A stretch of DNA of 64,000 bases from Mustelus asterias (Eukaryota): assembly GCF_964213995.1 (NCBI RefSeq), contig NC_135803.1:148242001-148306000 (forward strand), given 5' to 3'. A model generated the notes under the pieces. The model saw only the letters and a program-made list of their open reading frames with translations. It was not told the DNA's origin and ran no database searches. Position 1 is the first letter of the stretch. Every line of letters starts with the position of its first letter. Positions 38,754 through 51,700 of this stretch are shown here, piece by piece. The translations under genes were made by a program, and so were the position numbers.

Positions 38754-39442
38754 GTATCCACCTACATGTGTGTCTGCAGATACCGTGGGGTGATTTTTTT
38801 TTTTATTTTGTGCTGGGAAACGGAAGCTGGATCTTTTTCCAGGCCCCCTCCCAGGGGGAAGCAGTCACTGACCTGGGATTCTTACAAAGGCTCCTTCTTA
38901 ATTGCCATGGAGGACAAAGGTTCTCTGTCGGATTAAGGACAGCGGGCTCTCAATGCTGGAGGACCTATCAGAGGCCTTCCAGCTTATGAGGAACAGCAGA
39001 CTGTGGTAGACGGTACTTCACCAACCTTTGTAAAACTTTAAACAAACAGAAATAGCAGCCAGGTGCCACTTTGAGGGCAGCAAGGGGGAATTCCTTTACA
39101 GGGCAACCTTTGCCTGTACCGCCACGCAAGCAGGAAAGAGTGGTTTGTAGGCCTCCCACGCATGCTGCCCATTTCCCTGCCAGGCATATCACTGGGCAAA
39201 TACTTCGGAGTTTACTGCTAGTCGGGTGTAGGCAGAGGTTGAGAAAGTTATGTTACAGAAGTAACACACAGTGGACTTTATGTTGGAGAGAATATGGGTC
39301 GAAAGCTACCTAGAAAGGTGACAAAGTTGAGCTTCAAGATTAGTTTACTATTTTAAAACCACTCTGAATAGTCAATTTAAATGCTTTTCAAATTTTTATG
39401 TGTGGTACTGTAAGCACATATTGCTCGGTTCACAATGCAATT

Positions 39443-39721
39443 GGTTAGCACAGTGGTTAACACTGCTGCTTCACAGCGCCAGGAACTCGGGTTCGATTCC
39501 CGGCTTGGGTCACTGTCTGTGCGGAGTTTGCACGTTCTCCTCGTGTCTGCGTGGGTTTCCTCCGGGTGCTCCGGTTTCTTCCCACGTTCTGAAAGACGTG
39601 CTGGTTAGGGTGCGTTGACCCGAACAGGCGCCGGACTGTGGCGACTAGGGGAATTTCACAGGAACTTCATTGCAGTGTTAATGTAAGCCTTACTTGTGAC
39701 TAATAAATAAACTTTAACTTT
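39443..39721 (+). mobile_element. V-SINE family B directly upstream of the last twinfilin exon
   Basis: Family-B sequence ending gactaataaataaactttaacttt, ~36 nt before the acceptor. Confidence 0.88.
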
Positions 39722-39757
39722 GAATAAGACGGCCATTTTGAAATTGTATTTTTACAG

Positions 39758-39931
39758 ATGGAGATAGACAGTGGTGAAGAGCTAACACCTGACTTCCTTT
39801 ATGAAGAAGTCCACCCTAAGCAGCATGCTTTCAAACAAGCGTTTGCAAAGCCCAAGGGACCCGCTGGAAAGCGTGGGATGAAGCGGATTATCAAAGGAGG
39901 TGGCGATGCGGAAAACGGAGAGGATGTTTAA
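39758..39931 (+). CDS. TWF2: Twinfilin last coding exon, including the C-terminal capping-protein-binding tail
   Basis: tttttacag|ATG...[60 protein letters not shown]. Confidence 0.95.
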   Translation: MEIDSGEELTPDFLYEEVHPKQHAFKQAFAKPKGPAGKRGMKRIIKGGGDAENGEDV

Positions 39932-41404
39932 AAACAAAGACCGCCAGGCATAAGGGACTTTGAACTTTCTACTTTTTAACAGTGAATTTAAAATTTACAT
40001 TAGAATATCAATTTATGAGTTGAACCTCATTTCTTTTTTTGCCCTTTTTCTCCCAAAATACACTAAGCACCTTTCTGAGTTTTAATCGTTTGCTGACGGC
40101 TTTTCACAGAATATTTGGGAGAGTTTTTGATTTGTACAAGGACTGTCATGTCGCCATCCGAGAAACACACAATAATTGGCACAGTTTCATGGCAGCTGTA
40201 AGTCACTGGCTGCTTTACGTGACAACAACACAAACCAGTTGCATGTCCCATTTACACTTGGGAGCCGGTTCAGTTGGGAACCATGTGAGCTCCCCACTAC
40301 CAAATGCACTACAATTATCCCTAACTCGAGGGACACAACTGACACTCTATCAGGTTCCCACCTGGGTGGGGTGGGGGTGAATCTAGTGTGGTGCTTTTCA
40401 AGGTTTGACCAAAAGAAACAAAAACTAATCACTAATTTGAATGACAATAAATGGGGGAAACTGAAACTATTTTCTTACAAACACTACATGCTGTTCGAGT
40501 TCAGAAGTGCATCCAAAACTTGCATTATCTGCGATAGTAATTGATTTTGAAAACTTCCAAAATAAGGTTCCTGCAAATACGTCGGCAACTTCAAAAGGCT
40601 GGTGTGCAAATCAGCAATAGGCCACTGGGAAGCCAATCCACAGTGCCAGTGACTCTGATACTTAACCCCCGGCGGCAACCTGATAGGGGGTTAAATCCAT
40701 CACCTCCTGCTTGACCTCCCACTCCTCAGATTTGCTGGTGCACACTCACCACAAGGAATTAAACTCATACTCTTCCAGCAGGTTGTGAGGGAGCTGGAAT
40801 ACAAATCCATAACCATGGAAAATGGGCACAGACACCATCACCGGAAAGCAAATGTTTGCATGAAAACAGCGGTCCGTGGAGTTGCTCCCAGCTCCGTTTT
40901 ACTCTTTACCCTTTGCTGTACACGTGAAGTTTTGGTTAGAGTGGAAAATGACTTCCTGTTTTATTTTCAAAGGGACAGGTGCCCAATGTAGGCGAGTTTG
41001 GCATGTCATCCATATTTACCTATTGTATATTAGAGTTCTGTACATAAGGGGAGCAGGAATTTGGATCACAGTGTTCACCGGAATCTGATTCAAGCCTCTC
41101 CCCCGATTCTTTATTTGTATTTTTTTGTTGTTGGAGGAGTGTAAGTTTTTACTCATGTTGTGGTACTGTAAGTTAATTCACAAAATGCACTTTGCTCTGA
41201 TATAGCTATAGATAGGGAATATATCTGAATATAGCTGTGGTGTCTGTGGGACGAGAACCATAGCACTGGAACTAATTGATTGAAGTTAATCCAAAGGTGA
41301 ATTTAGGTCGCAATCGATGAAATGGTGTAAATCAGTGAGGCCGCACTCTGCGCCTTTCACCAGCATTTCTTTATAATGTGGAATTTTGACCATTTCTAAA
41401 AGAT

Positions 41405-41410
41405 AATAAA
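41405..41410 (+). terminator. Probable twinfilin polyadenylation signal (3' UTR ~39932-41430)
   Basis: AATAAA at the end of a ~1.5 kb stretch with no recognisable repeat after the stop codon. An alternative AATAAA lies at 40446-40451. Confidence 0.5.
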
Positions 41411-41630
41411 TGAATTTTAACTTGTGTAAATCACATCAGCTTTAAAATCTGTAATGTTAATTAGTTGCACCAGGCAGAATATCTGCTTAGGTGTGTGTGG
41501 ACAGAGCAAGTCTTTAGTGTGTTATGCTGTTTAAGTATCCATTGAAATACAGTCGGTCACAATTGATTAAGATCACCAATCGTATTGTCCAGTGGAATTG
41601 TATTGATGTGAAAGTAGGGATTTGCCACTT

Positions 41631-42030
41631 AGACCATAAAACAAGGAGCAGAATTAGGCCACTCGGCCCATCGAGTCTGGTCTGCCATTCAATCATGGCT
41701 GATATTTTTCTCATCCCCATTCTCCTGCCTTTTCCCCATAACCCCTGATCCCCTTATTAATCAAGAACCTATCCATCTCTGTCTTAACCATACTCAATGA
41801 CCTGGCGTCCACAGCCTTCTGCGGCAAAGAGTTCCACAGATTCACCATTCTCTGGCTGAAGAAATTCCTCCTCATCTCTGTTTTAAAGGATCGTCCTTTT
41901 AGCCTGAGGTTGTGCCCTCTGGTTCCCGTTTTTCCTACTAGTGGAAGCATCGTCTCCACGTCCACTCTATCCAGGCCTCGCAGTATCCTGTAAGTTTCAA
42001 TAAGATCCCCCCTCATCCTTCTAAACTCTA
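41631..42030 (-). mobile_element. CR1 3' end
   Basis: MRGDLIETYRILRGLDRV...NFFSQRMVNLWNSLP plus tail. Confidence 0.9.
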
Positions 42031-42169
42031 ATGAGTTCAGAATTAATGAGATATTTTACAAGGTGTTGCAAGGACATTAACTTGTGTCACCTAAGCTCCC
42101 GATGGAAACACAGAATAGGGAATGTTTTTTTAAAAATCATAAAATGTATTTGGGATAACACTGGAGAAT

Positions 42170-43225
42170 TAACAGAGTACTCCAGCCAACCCATCACAAT
42201 CATCTGCAAAGTGATAGAAGGTGTAGTCAACAGTACTGTCAAATTGTAGTTACTCATCAATAATATGTTTACTAATGGTCAGTTTGGGTTCCTTCATACC
42301 CACTCAGCTCTAGATCTCATCACAGCCTAGGTCCAAACATGGACAAAAGAGCTGGATTCCAGAGGTGAGGTGAGAATAACCCCCCCTCCCCTAACATCAA
42401 GGCAGCATTTGACTGTAACACCAAGGAGCCCTTGGAAAAGTCAATGAGAATTGGGGGGAAAACCTGGAGTCGTACTTAAAACAAAGGAAGATTTTTTGGT
42501 TGTTGGAGGCCAACCGTCTCAGCCCAGGACATCGCTGCAGGACTTCCTCAGAGCAGTGCCCTAGGCACAACCATCATCAGCTGCTGCTTCGATGGTCTTC
42601 TCACCCAAGATGAGGTCAGAAATGGGAATGTTTGCAAATGCCAGGTTCTGACCATCTTCAACAAGGGAGAGTAACCACATTCCCATGACACTCAATCGCT
42701 TTACCTTCGCTGAAACCTCAACATCATCCTGAGGGTCACAACTGACCAGAAACTTTACCAGACATATAAATACCATGGCAACAGGTATTTGCTTCTCCAA
42801 GAGAAACTCCAAACAACTGTCAAGTCACTTGACATATTCCAAAACGAAGCAGCCCACTTCATTGGCATTCCATCCAGCACCCTAAACATTCACTCCCTCC
42901 ACCACTGACATACTGTGGCTGCAGTGTGTGTTACCTACAAAATGTGGTGCAGTTACTCACCAAGGCTCCTTCAACAGCACCTCTCAAACCTCAGACTTCT
43001 AACACCAGTAGGACAAGGCATATGGGAACACCACAATCTGCAATTTCCCCAAGTCACACACCGTTCTGACTTGGAAATATATCGTGACTGGGTCAAAACC
43101 CTGGAACACTCTATCTAATAGCGCTGACCACATCAACTACAGAAGTTTAAGAAGGTGTCTTAGCACCACCTTCTCGAAAGCAATTAGCGATGGAAAGAAA
43201 TTGGATGCTCACATCCCATGATTGT
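42170..43225 (+). mobile_element. Degenerate LINE fragment, same family as 29235-31250
   Basis: RT remnants and the same 3' end (caccaccttctc...gcaattag...cacatccc). Confidence 0.75.
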
Positions 43226-43753
43226 AAAATAACCTTGCAATCTCCTCTTTGGTTGAGAAACAAACCTATGGCCAAATGGAAAGTATCTCTTTCATTAGAT
43301 TATCATTTATCAAGTTTCAACTTCCAATAGGCAATTCCCCAGATCAGCAGCCCTCAAAATGCCTCCAACTCTTGAGTTAGAGTCAGAAACTTCAGAGGAT
43401 TCTGACTCGCGTACCTAGATAATTACCCAGGAAAAGTATCCCCAACCCTCTGAATCCCCTCCCTGACCCGACTTGACCTTACTGGACCTCACCACCCTAC
43501 CCAGCTGCCTACTGTCCTGCCACCCTACCCACATACCTCAGTCATTAATACAGAAAAGCTGATGCAATATCCCAAAGCCTTTCACTGTGTTAGTGAACAA
43601 AGACTTCCAAAAATACAGCAGCTATTTCAGTAAAAAGGGGTCATAGTTTATTGGCTTTCCCCTAATAATACTGCCCTACAAAGGATTCCCAGAACAGGTA
43701 CGGTCTGCGTTTATGAAGAGGCCCAATTTGGAGATTTGAGCCAGTGTTTACCA

Positions 43754-43856
43754 TGATGTAGAGATGCCAGCGTTGGACTGGGGTAAACACAGTAAGAGTT
43801 TTAACAACACCAGGTTAAAGTCCAACAGGTTTGGACCTATTGGACTTTAACCTGGT
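43754..43856. mobile_element. Miniature Penelope-like hairpin insertion with 11-bp TSD
   Basis: Reverse complement of the 55940-56012 terminus, folded back (accaggttaaagtccaa...ttggactttaacctggt). AGTGTTTACCA is duplicated at 43743-43753 and 43857-43867. Confidence 0.85.
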
Positions 43857-44886
43857 AGTGTTTACCAGCAGGGTGGCATGATCTGACAGCAGATTCGGCA
43901 CATGGTGTTATTGTGCTTTCTCTTGTTTATTGCCATACACGAGCTATTTGGCAGAGTAGCAAGACATGCATTTCCTTCACAACCCCATGCAGTGAGTCCT
44001 ACCCTTTGTGCGTGTGCTTTGACAATCTCAAGGTGAGACAAAGTCATCCTTTAGGCTGCTCTCGGGTCTTCCCAAGTGGCCAGTTACAGCGACAAGTTGT
44101 TTGCCCAGCCTCTCATCCGAGGTAGTTTAACAAGGAATCTTCAGAGAGTGGGATGTCATAAAAATACCAACATTACTGGGCTTTCTGGGAGGGCATGTTC
44201 ATGATGAGAGGACACAGAAGCTGAGCTACATTTTATCATGAGTGGAGTGCATTTATTATCATGCTGGCTGATGGTAAAACCCATTTATTCAAATATTTAC
44301 ATCTTAAACCTGTTCATTTATATACATATATATATCAACATGTTTTCTGTTCAAATATTTGGGGAACAAATAAATAATTCAATGACTCAATTGCTATAAA
44401 GTAGGATGCATTGGGATGTGTAAAAATCTGTTGGCACAATAAGTCTTTTCTGAATGATGGAGGATTGGTGCAGAAAAAAATTGACATTCAGCCCAGGTCA
44501 CTCTGACGCCTCTGAATTCTTGTTTCTTTGTTTAATATCTTTGGTGACATCTATATCAATTTCACTGTGCTACCTGTCTGAGTTGACTTGACACCTCAAC
44601 TGACTGTCATCCATCTAATTTTTTAACTTCTCATTATACTTTAACATTGATACAGTCTTAGTCTATTAATTCACTGACTGTTGTACGACAATATATTCAG
44701 AATACCTGTAAAATGGTATTTTTTCAATTGAAATATCATTTCTCATCAGTTGCCGATTCAACGTCAAACTCATCTCTTCTGCCAAGTGACACAAGGCCAC
44801 TTGGCAAAACACAGCCATCACATCAGTGGCAGCAAATTTCAAAAGGGTAAAGAAAAGTTTGAAAATGGTAAAACACCTACGAAGTG

Positions 44887-45180
44887 CGGCGGCACAGTGC
44901 TTAGCACTGCTGTCTCACAGCGCCAGGGACCTGGTTTTAATTCCCGGCTTGGGTCATTGTGCGGAGTCTGCCCGTTCTCCCAGTGTTTGCGTGGGTTTCC
45001 TCTAGCTGCTCCCGTTTCCTCCCACAGTCTGAAAGACGTGCCGATTAGGTGCATTGGCCATGCTAAATTCTCCCTCAGTGTACCCGAACAGGAGTGTGGC
45101 GATTCAGGGATTTTCACAGTAACTTCATTGCAGTGTTAGTATAAGCCTACTTGTGACACTAATAAATAAACTTAAACTTT
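44887..45180 (+). mobile_element. V-SINE family B
   Basis: Full copy. Confidence 0.88.
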
Positions 45181-45252
45181 GTGTTATTAAAAATAAGCAT
45201 CTGAAGCTTCTGTAGCATTTTTCCTTAACCTCCCGTCATACAGTCAGTGGAA

Positions 45253-45546
45253 GATAGAACATAGAACATAGAAAGCCACAGCACAAACAGGCCCTTCGGC
45301 CCACAAGTTGCGCCGATCACATCCCCACCTCTAGGCCTATCTATAGCCCTCAATCCCATTAAATCCCATGTACTCATCCAGAAGTCTCTTAAAAGACCCC
45401 AACGAGTTTGCCTCCACCACCACCGACGTCAGCCGATTCCACTCACCCACCACCCTCTGAGTGAAAAACTTACCCCTGACATCTCCTCTGTACCTACCCC
45501 CCAGCACCTTAAACCTGTGTCCTCTCGTAGCAACCATTTCAGCCCT
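45253..45546 (-). mobile_element. CR1 3' end
   Basis: TRGHRFKVLGGRYRGDVRGKFFTQRVVGEWN with a (atagaac)n tail. Confidence 0.88.
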
Positions 45547-46009
45547 TGGAAATAGATCAGCAGAAACCCTGGAAAAATGGAATATGCCATTTGTGGTATT
45601 ATTATGGCAGGGGATTTAGGAACCTAGAAATCTTTACCCTGATGTTTGCAGTACTTTTTTATACTTCTAACAAAGTTCTGTTTGATAAATATGTGGACAG
45701 CATCGATTTGATTTTTTTCACAGTACATTACTGAATTCAGAGAATGGAAAATCTCACTTCTCCATCCCATTGCTCAGTATAAATGGTCAGACAATTTGAA
45801 TATGTATACATCATGCTTTTCATCAATAGGATATCAGTGATATTGTAAAGATTATATGAAACTTAAATGCAAATTAACCAATTTCTTTATATGACCTGAT
45901 GAGCTTCATTTTCAGTTATTCTTCTTTGAAGGAACGTTTGCTTGATACTTTTCTCAGTTTCTCTCAAATGTAGTTTATTTTCATTGTTTTTTTTATTATT
46001 AGTTTTTAC

Positions 46010-46920
46010 ATCTACACGGACAACACCCAGCTCGATCTCACCACCACCTCTCTCAACTCCTCCTCTGCTGCTAAATTAGCAGACTACTTATCTGACATCT
46101 AGTACTGGTTGAGCAGAAAGTTCTTCCAATTAAGGATTGGGAAGGCTAAAACCATTGTTCTTAGTCTCCGCTCCAAACTCCCTTTCCTAACTACTATCTC
46201 TGGCAATAATCTGAGATTAAGTCAGTCTGATCACAATTTTGTGTCATATGTGACCCTGAGATCATCTTCCAGCCTCAGAGTTGGGCCATCATTAAACTGT
46301 CCATTTACACCTCCATAACGTTACCAGACCCTGCTCCTAGTCGCAGCTCATCTGCTGCTGAAACTTTTAATTCCTGCCTCCATTACCTCTCATCTTGACT
46401 ATTCCAATGCACTCAAGGCTGGTCTCCCACATTCTACCCGCCATAACCTTGAGGTCATGTAAAACTCAGCTGCCCATGTCTAAACTTGATTCGCTTCCCC
46501 GCCACTCCTGTCCTCATTGACCTACATTGCCTCCCAGTCAAACAGTATCTTGATTTTAAAATTCTTATTCTTGTTCTCAAAAACCCTCCCAGTCCTTGTC
46601 CCCTCTATCTCTGTAATCTCCTTCAGCCCCAAAACCCTCTTAAGATATGTTAATTCCTTTAATATCCCTTTAATTACTCAATCATTAGTGGCTGTGCCTT
46701 CAGTTGCCTAGCCCCCAAGTACTAGAATACTCTTCCCTGCACCTCGTGGCCTTGCTACCTTGTTTTTTTCCTTAAAGATACACATTAAACCTACCCCTAT
46801 GACCATTTTTTGGTTGTATGTGGCTTCGTACCATACCTGTTTTATAATATTCCTGTGAAGCACCTTGGGACATTTTATGTTAACGGCACTATATATGTAT
46901 ATATATAAGTTGTTTATGTT
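46010..46920 (+). mobile_element. L2-clade LINE 3' fragment
   Basis: tacacggacaacacccagctc (YxDDTQL-like), cttgactattccaatgcactc, and tail cctgtgaagcaccttgggacattttatgttaacggcactata. Confidence 0.8.
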
Positions 46921-47906
46921 GTTTTAAATATATGCCATTCTCAAACAGCTTATTTCATGACCCAGGATAGTTTTAATGCCACATTATGGTCAATGCACCA
47001 GGAAGGTTGCTCACCGATACATACATATACTTGCACACACACGCACACACAATTGATGAAACTCACTGTCCAAGGTGAACTAGAAACTCTTTCAGCCGCA
47101 CATTACAATTGAACTTCCAGATTGCTTCTAAAGGATACCCTACTTGCCCTCTTCTGGCTTGTCCTTTCAAACAGGACCTATATGACATTCTTTCAAAAAT
47201 TTTAAATTGTAAACAGCTCTTGTGTATGGTAATCTGTGGAGTTATAGTAACTTTGCTTGCTTTTTATTTGTTTCCAATTTCTTAACCTTGAAAGGAAATC
47301 CAACTTTACCCGAAAGCAGCAAGCAGACAATGTTGATTCAACACTAACCAGGCTTTCTGCATGTGCCCTCTTGTACAATGTGTTTCAGTTACTGTTGTAA
47401 ATCATTTCTTCCAAATGCTAAAAGAAGCATCAGTGAATAGATAGTTTTGTGATGTTACTCGGCCTGCCTCTGTTGAAGATGTTCTGTAGTTGAGTTACGC
47501 AAGTCAACTTTCAAGGGAAAGTTACCTCTGGTCTTGCTGTGAGAACTGAGAGGTTGCATTTCCTCTTGGTTGATCGATTCACATTGAAAGGAATTGCACA
47601 AACTCATGCCTCGTATAATAAATGTTTCTACAAGTTTTAGTTCATCTTCTGTCTTCAGTCAAAGTGAATGAGTACTTGTGGGTTATTTCCAACGATTGAG
47701 TAATTTACACCTTTCCATAACCACTGGCATCATCGCTAGAATCTTATTTTCTCTGTTCCTGATAAAGGTCATTATTCCTTGAAGTAGTGTTCCTTGAAAT
47801 CCAACTCACTCCAGAACCTAGCTCAAATCACCTAACGAGTTGAGCGTTGACTTGTTATTCTATTTTGTGGTTATCACACTTGCACACTTCCACTTGGAGG
47901 GTCATT

Positions 47907-48252
47907 CATAGAAATCATAGAAACCCTACAGTGCAGAAAGAGACCATTTGGCCCATCGAGTCTGCACCGACCACAATCCCACCCAAGCCCTACCCCCATA
48001 TCCCTACATATTTATCCACTAATCCCTCTAACCTACGCATCTCAGGACACTATGGGGAATTTTAGCATGGCCAATCAACCTAACCCACACATCTTTGGAC
48101 TGTGGGAGGAAACCGGAGCACCCGGAGGAAACCCACGCAGACACGAGGAGAAAGTGCAAACTCCACACAGACAGTGACCCAAGCCGGGAATCGAACCCGG
48201 GTCCCTGGAGCTGTGAAGCAGCAGTGCTAACCACTGTGCTACCGTGCCGCCC
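47907..48252 (-). mobile_element. V-SINE family A (young, full length)
   Basis: Nearly identical to the 2728-3074 copy. Confidence 0.92.
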
Positions 48253-48454
48253 TCATATTCTCCCTCATATTATTTCTCCCTCATATTCGACAGGAATATG
48301 AGGGAGAAATAAAGATCACTTCGCTGATCCTAGTCTAAGGATGCTAATGAATATTTGTAGCTCCACTAATGTTCCCAGCTGAGATTAGCTGACTCCAAGA
48401 TTCTCACGGTTTTTTACTCCAAAACTCCTCTTCCATATTATCAAAAATCCACTG

Positions 48455-49620
48455 TAGTTTCAACTGCTTCATCAATGATCTTCCTTCCAACATAAGGTCA
48501 GAAGTGGGGATGTTCACTGATGACTGCACAATGTTCAGTATCATTCGTGACTCCTCAGATACTGAAACAGTCCATGTCCAAATGCAGCAAAATCTGGACA
48601 ACATCCAGGCTTGGGCTGACAAGTGGCAAATAAGTAGCATTCGCACCCCACAAGTGGCAGGCAATGACCATCTCCAACAAGAGAGGATCTAACCATTGCC
48701 CCTTTACGTTCAATAGCATTACCATCACTGAATGCCCTACTACCAACATCCTGGGGGTTACCATTGACCAGAAATCAAACTAGTCTAGCCATGTAAATAC
48801 TATGGCTACAAGAGCAGGTCAAAGACTCGTAACCTTGCGGTGAGTAACTCACCACCTGATTCCCCAAAGCCTGTCCATCGTCTACAAAGCACAAGTCAAG
48901 AATGTAATGGAATACTTCATAGAATCATAGAATCCTATAGTGCACAAGGAGGCTGTTCGGCCCATCGAGTCTGCACTGACCACAATCCCACCCAGTCCCT
49001 ATCCTCATAACCCCATGCATTTACCCTAGCTAGTCCCCTTAACAATAAGGGGCAATTTAGTATGGTCAATCCACCTAACCTGCACATCTTTGGACTGTGG
49101 GAGGAAACCAGAGCACACGGAGGAAACACATGCTGACATGGGGAGAACGTGCAAACTCCACAGAGACAGTGACCCAAGCCGGGAATCGAACCCGGATTCC
49201 TGGTCTGTGAGACAGCAGTGCTAACCACTGAGCCACCATGCTGCCCGTACTCTCCCCTTGCCTGGATGAATGCAGCTCCAACAAAAGTCAAGAAACTCGA
49301 TAACTCCAGGACAAAGCAGCTCGCTTGATTGCTACCCCTTCCACAATTATTCAATCTCTCCACCGCCGTCGAACAGTGTCAGCCGTGTGAACCAAGATGC
49401 ACTGCAGGAACTCACCAAGGTTCCTTCGACAGCACCTTCCAAACCCATGACCACTATCATCTAGAAGGACAAAAGCAGCAGATATTTGGGAACACCACTA
49501 CCTGGAGGTTCCCCTCCAAGTCACTCACAAACCTACTTGGAAATATATCGCCGTCCCTTCACTGTCGCTGAGTCAAAATCCTGGAACGCTCTCCCTAACA
49601 GCAATGTGGGTGCACCTATC
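48455..49620 (+). mobile_element. LINE fragment (family of 29235-31250) with a nested minus-strand V-SINE A at 48918-49246
   Basis: GMFTDDCTMFS...MQQNLDNIQAWADKWQ; tact is repeated at the SINE junctions. Confidence 0.8.
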
Positions 49621-51137
49621 TTCCATTCATTTCACATTTAAGAGACATCCACTTTCGGCTGGTGTTAAAGTGGATAATAGGGCTGAATTTTACAGGGGCG
49701 GAGATAATTGCTTGACTCCATCCCCTCCTCCCCCCCATCCCGAAAAGACATCAGTCCCAAACGGACCACCTTTTAAAAATCCTGAATCCTGCACCGTAGT
49801 GATACCAGGTTGGGGGCAGCACAAACAGGGTGAGATCAAACATCCACACCTCAGTTTGGCTGGCAGTTTTGGCACTCCCAGCAATGCCAGAACTGAACAG
49901 TGGGTGCTGCTAGAACCACAAGCATCTCCATGGGGAAAAGCAATGGATCTCAGAAGGAGATAAGTAAGTCCTGGGCTATTAGGGCAGGAAGGGATCAGCC
50001 AACCTAGGGAGGGGTTGAGGGGATAGGGGGCGGGCGGGCTTTGGAGGCCACATGGGGAAGAACAAGTGGGGATGGTGTCACATCATGGTGGGAAGGGGGT
50101 GCCCCAACATGTACAGCTCTCCAACCCTCCCAATTGATATCCCCTCCCCACCAACCCCTCCCCCCCCCCCCCACACTTGCCTTCCTGCCTTTCAAAGGAG
50201 CCATTTCAAAATTGGCCTTTGTACTTCGACCCACCCGCCATTCTTTTTGGAAAAACAAATTTAATTAAATTAAACAAACTGAAGGAGAAAGCAAGAAGGG
50301 CAGTCCCTTAAAAGGGGGAACCACCCAAAACAAAAACAAAGCATAAATGAAACTTAAAGCATTAATTGATTAAAGTGGGCCAATAATACACTCCAGTCTC
50401 TGAGCTGACCCACCTGCCACTGCCCACCAGTTTATAGCAGTGGAGGCAGATTGATTATCACATTGCTGTTTGTGGGAGGTTGCTGTGCACAAATTGGCTG
50501 CCTTGTTTCCTGCATTACATCGGTGACTGCATTTTGAAAGTACACAATTGCCTCTGAAGTACTTTTGGATGCCCTGGGGTTGAGAAATGAACTCCAAAAA
50601 TGCAAGTCTTTCTTGTTTCAAATAATACAACAAAATTAACTTTTATGGAAATTATGTTGCAATTTGAGTTTTAAGAATGCAGAACGTTTTGTTTTGTCCC
50701 ATTGACCTTTGGATTATTGCCTGGTTATGAGGACAGGCAGGCAGTCTGCTCTACGGTATCCATTGCTGATTTCCTAGGCTATTCTCTGTGAGTTTATAAA
50801 TATTTCCTTGACACCTAAAGCATCAAATCTGAATCCGTTAGTGAGTTTTGCAGTTCAGCCAAGCATTCATAATGAGACCATCTGGCAAGTTAGATGTCTG
50901 GCCATCTGCTAAGCCTACTTTTGTTGATAACAGTTACATAGTGAATACCGAGTAAGTGGATATGAAGGGAACATGGGGGGAATTAAGGGTGAGGGGTAGA
51001 AGGCTAACAACCGTACATAGAACTGGGTCAATGCCCCAGTAAGTGAAGGCAGGCCTTCTAACCCGCTGGTCCAACATCCACCGCCCACCTCCATTGTCAC
51101 TTTGTACCTGCCTTAGGAGACTTCAACTTGCACCCAA

Positions 51138-51700
51138 TTTGATTTGATTTGATTTCATTTATTATTGTCACACGTATTAGCATACAGTAAAAAGTATTGT
51201 TTCTTGCGCGCTCTACAGAGCACACCATTCATGGAGAAGGAAACGAGAGAGTGCAGAATGTAGTGTTACAGTCATAGCTAGAGTGTAGAGAAAGATCAAC
51301 TTAATGCAAGGTAGGTCCATTCAAAAGTCTGACGGCAGCAGGGAAGAAGCTGTTCTTGAGTCGGTTGGTACGTGACCTCAGACTTTTGTATCTTTTTCCC
51401 GACAGAAGAAGGTAGAAGAGAGAATGTCCGGGGTGTGTGGGGTCCTTAATTATGCTGGCTGCTTTGCCAAGGCAGCGGGAAGTGTAGACAGAATCAGTGG
51501 ATGGGAGGCTGGTTTGCGTGATGGATTGGGCTACATTCACGACCTTTCGTAGTTTCTTGCAGTCTTGGGCAGAGCAGGAGCCATACCAAGCTGTGATACA
51601 CCCAGAAAAAATGCTTTCTATGGTGCATCTGTAAAAGTTGGTGAGAGTCGTAGCTGACATGCCAAATTTCCTTAGTCTTCTGAGAAAGTAGAGGCGTTGG
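51138..51700 (-). mobile_element. Rex1/Babar-clade LINE 3' fragment
   Basis: LTNFYRCTIESIFSGCITAWYGSC...AASIIKDPTHPGH...SGKRYKS...RLKNSFFPAAVRLLN, with tail gtgacaataataaat(gaaat/caaat)n. Further tails lie at 33355-33450, 54020-54178 and 62120-62175. Confidence 0.88.

Noticed and set aside
38547-38936. 129-aa ORF as a separate gene
   Set aside because: It is the twinfilin exon 38632-38753 read through into flanking intron.
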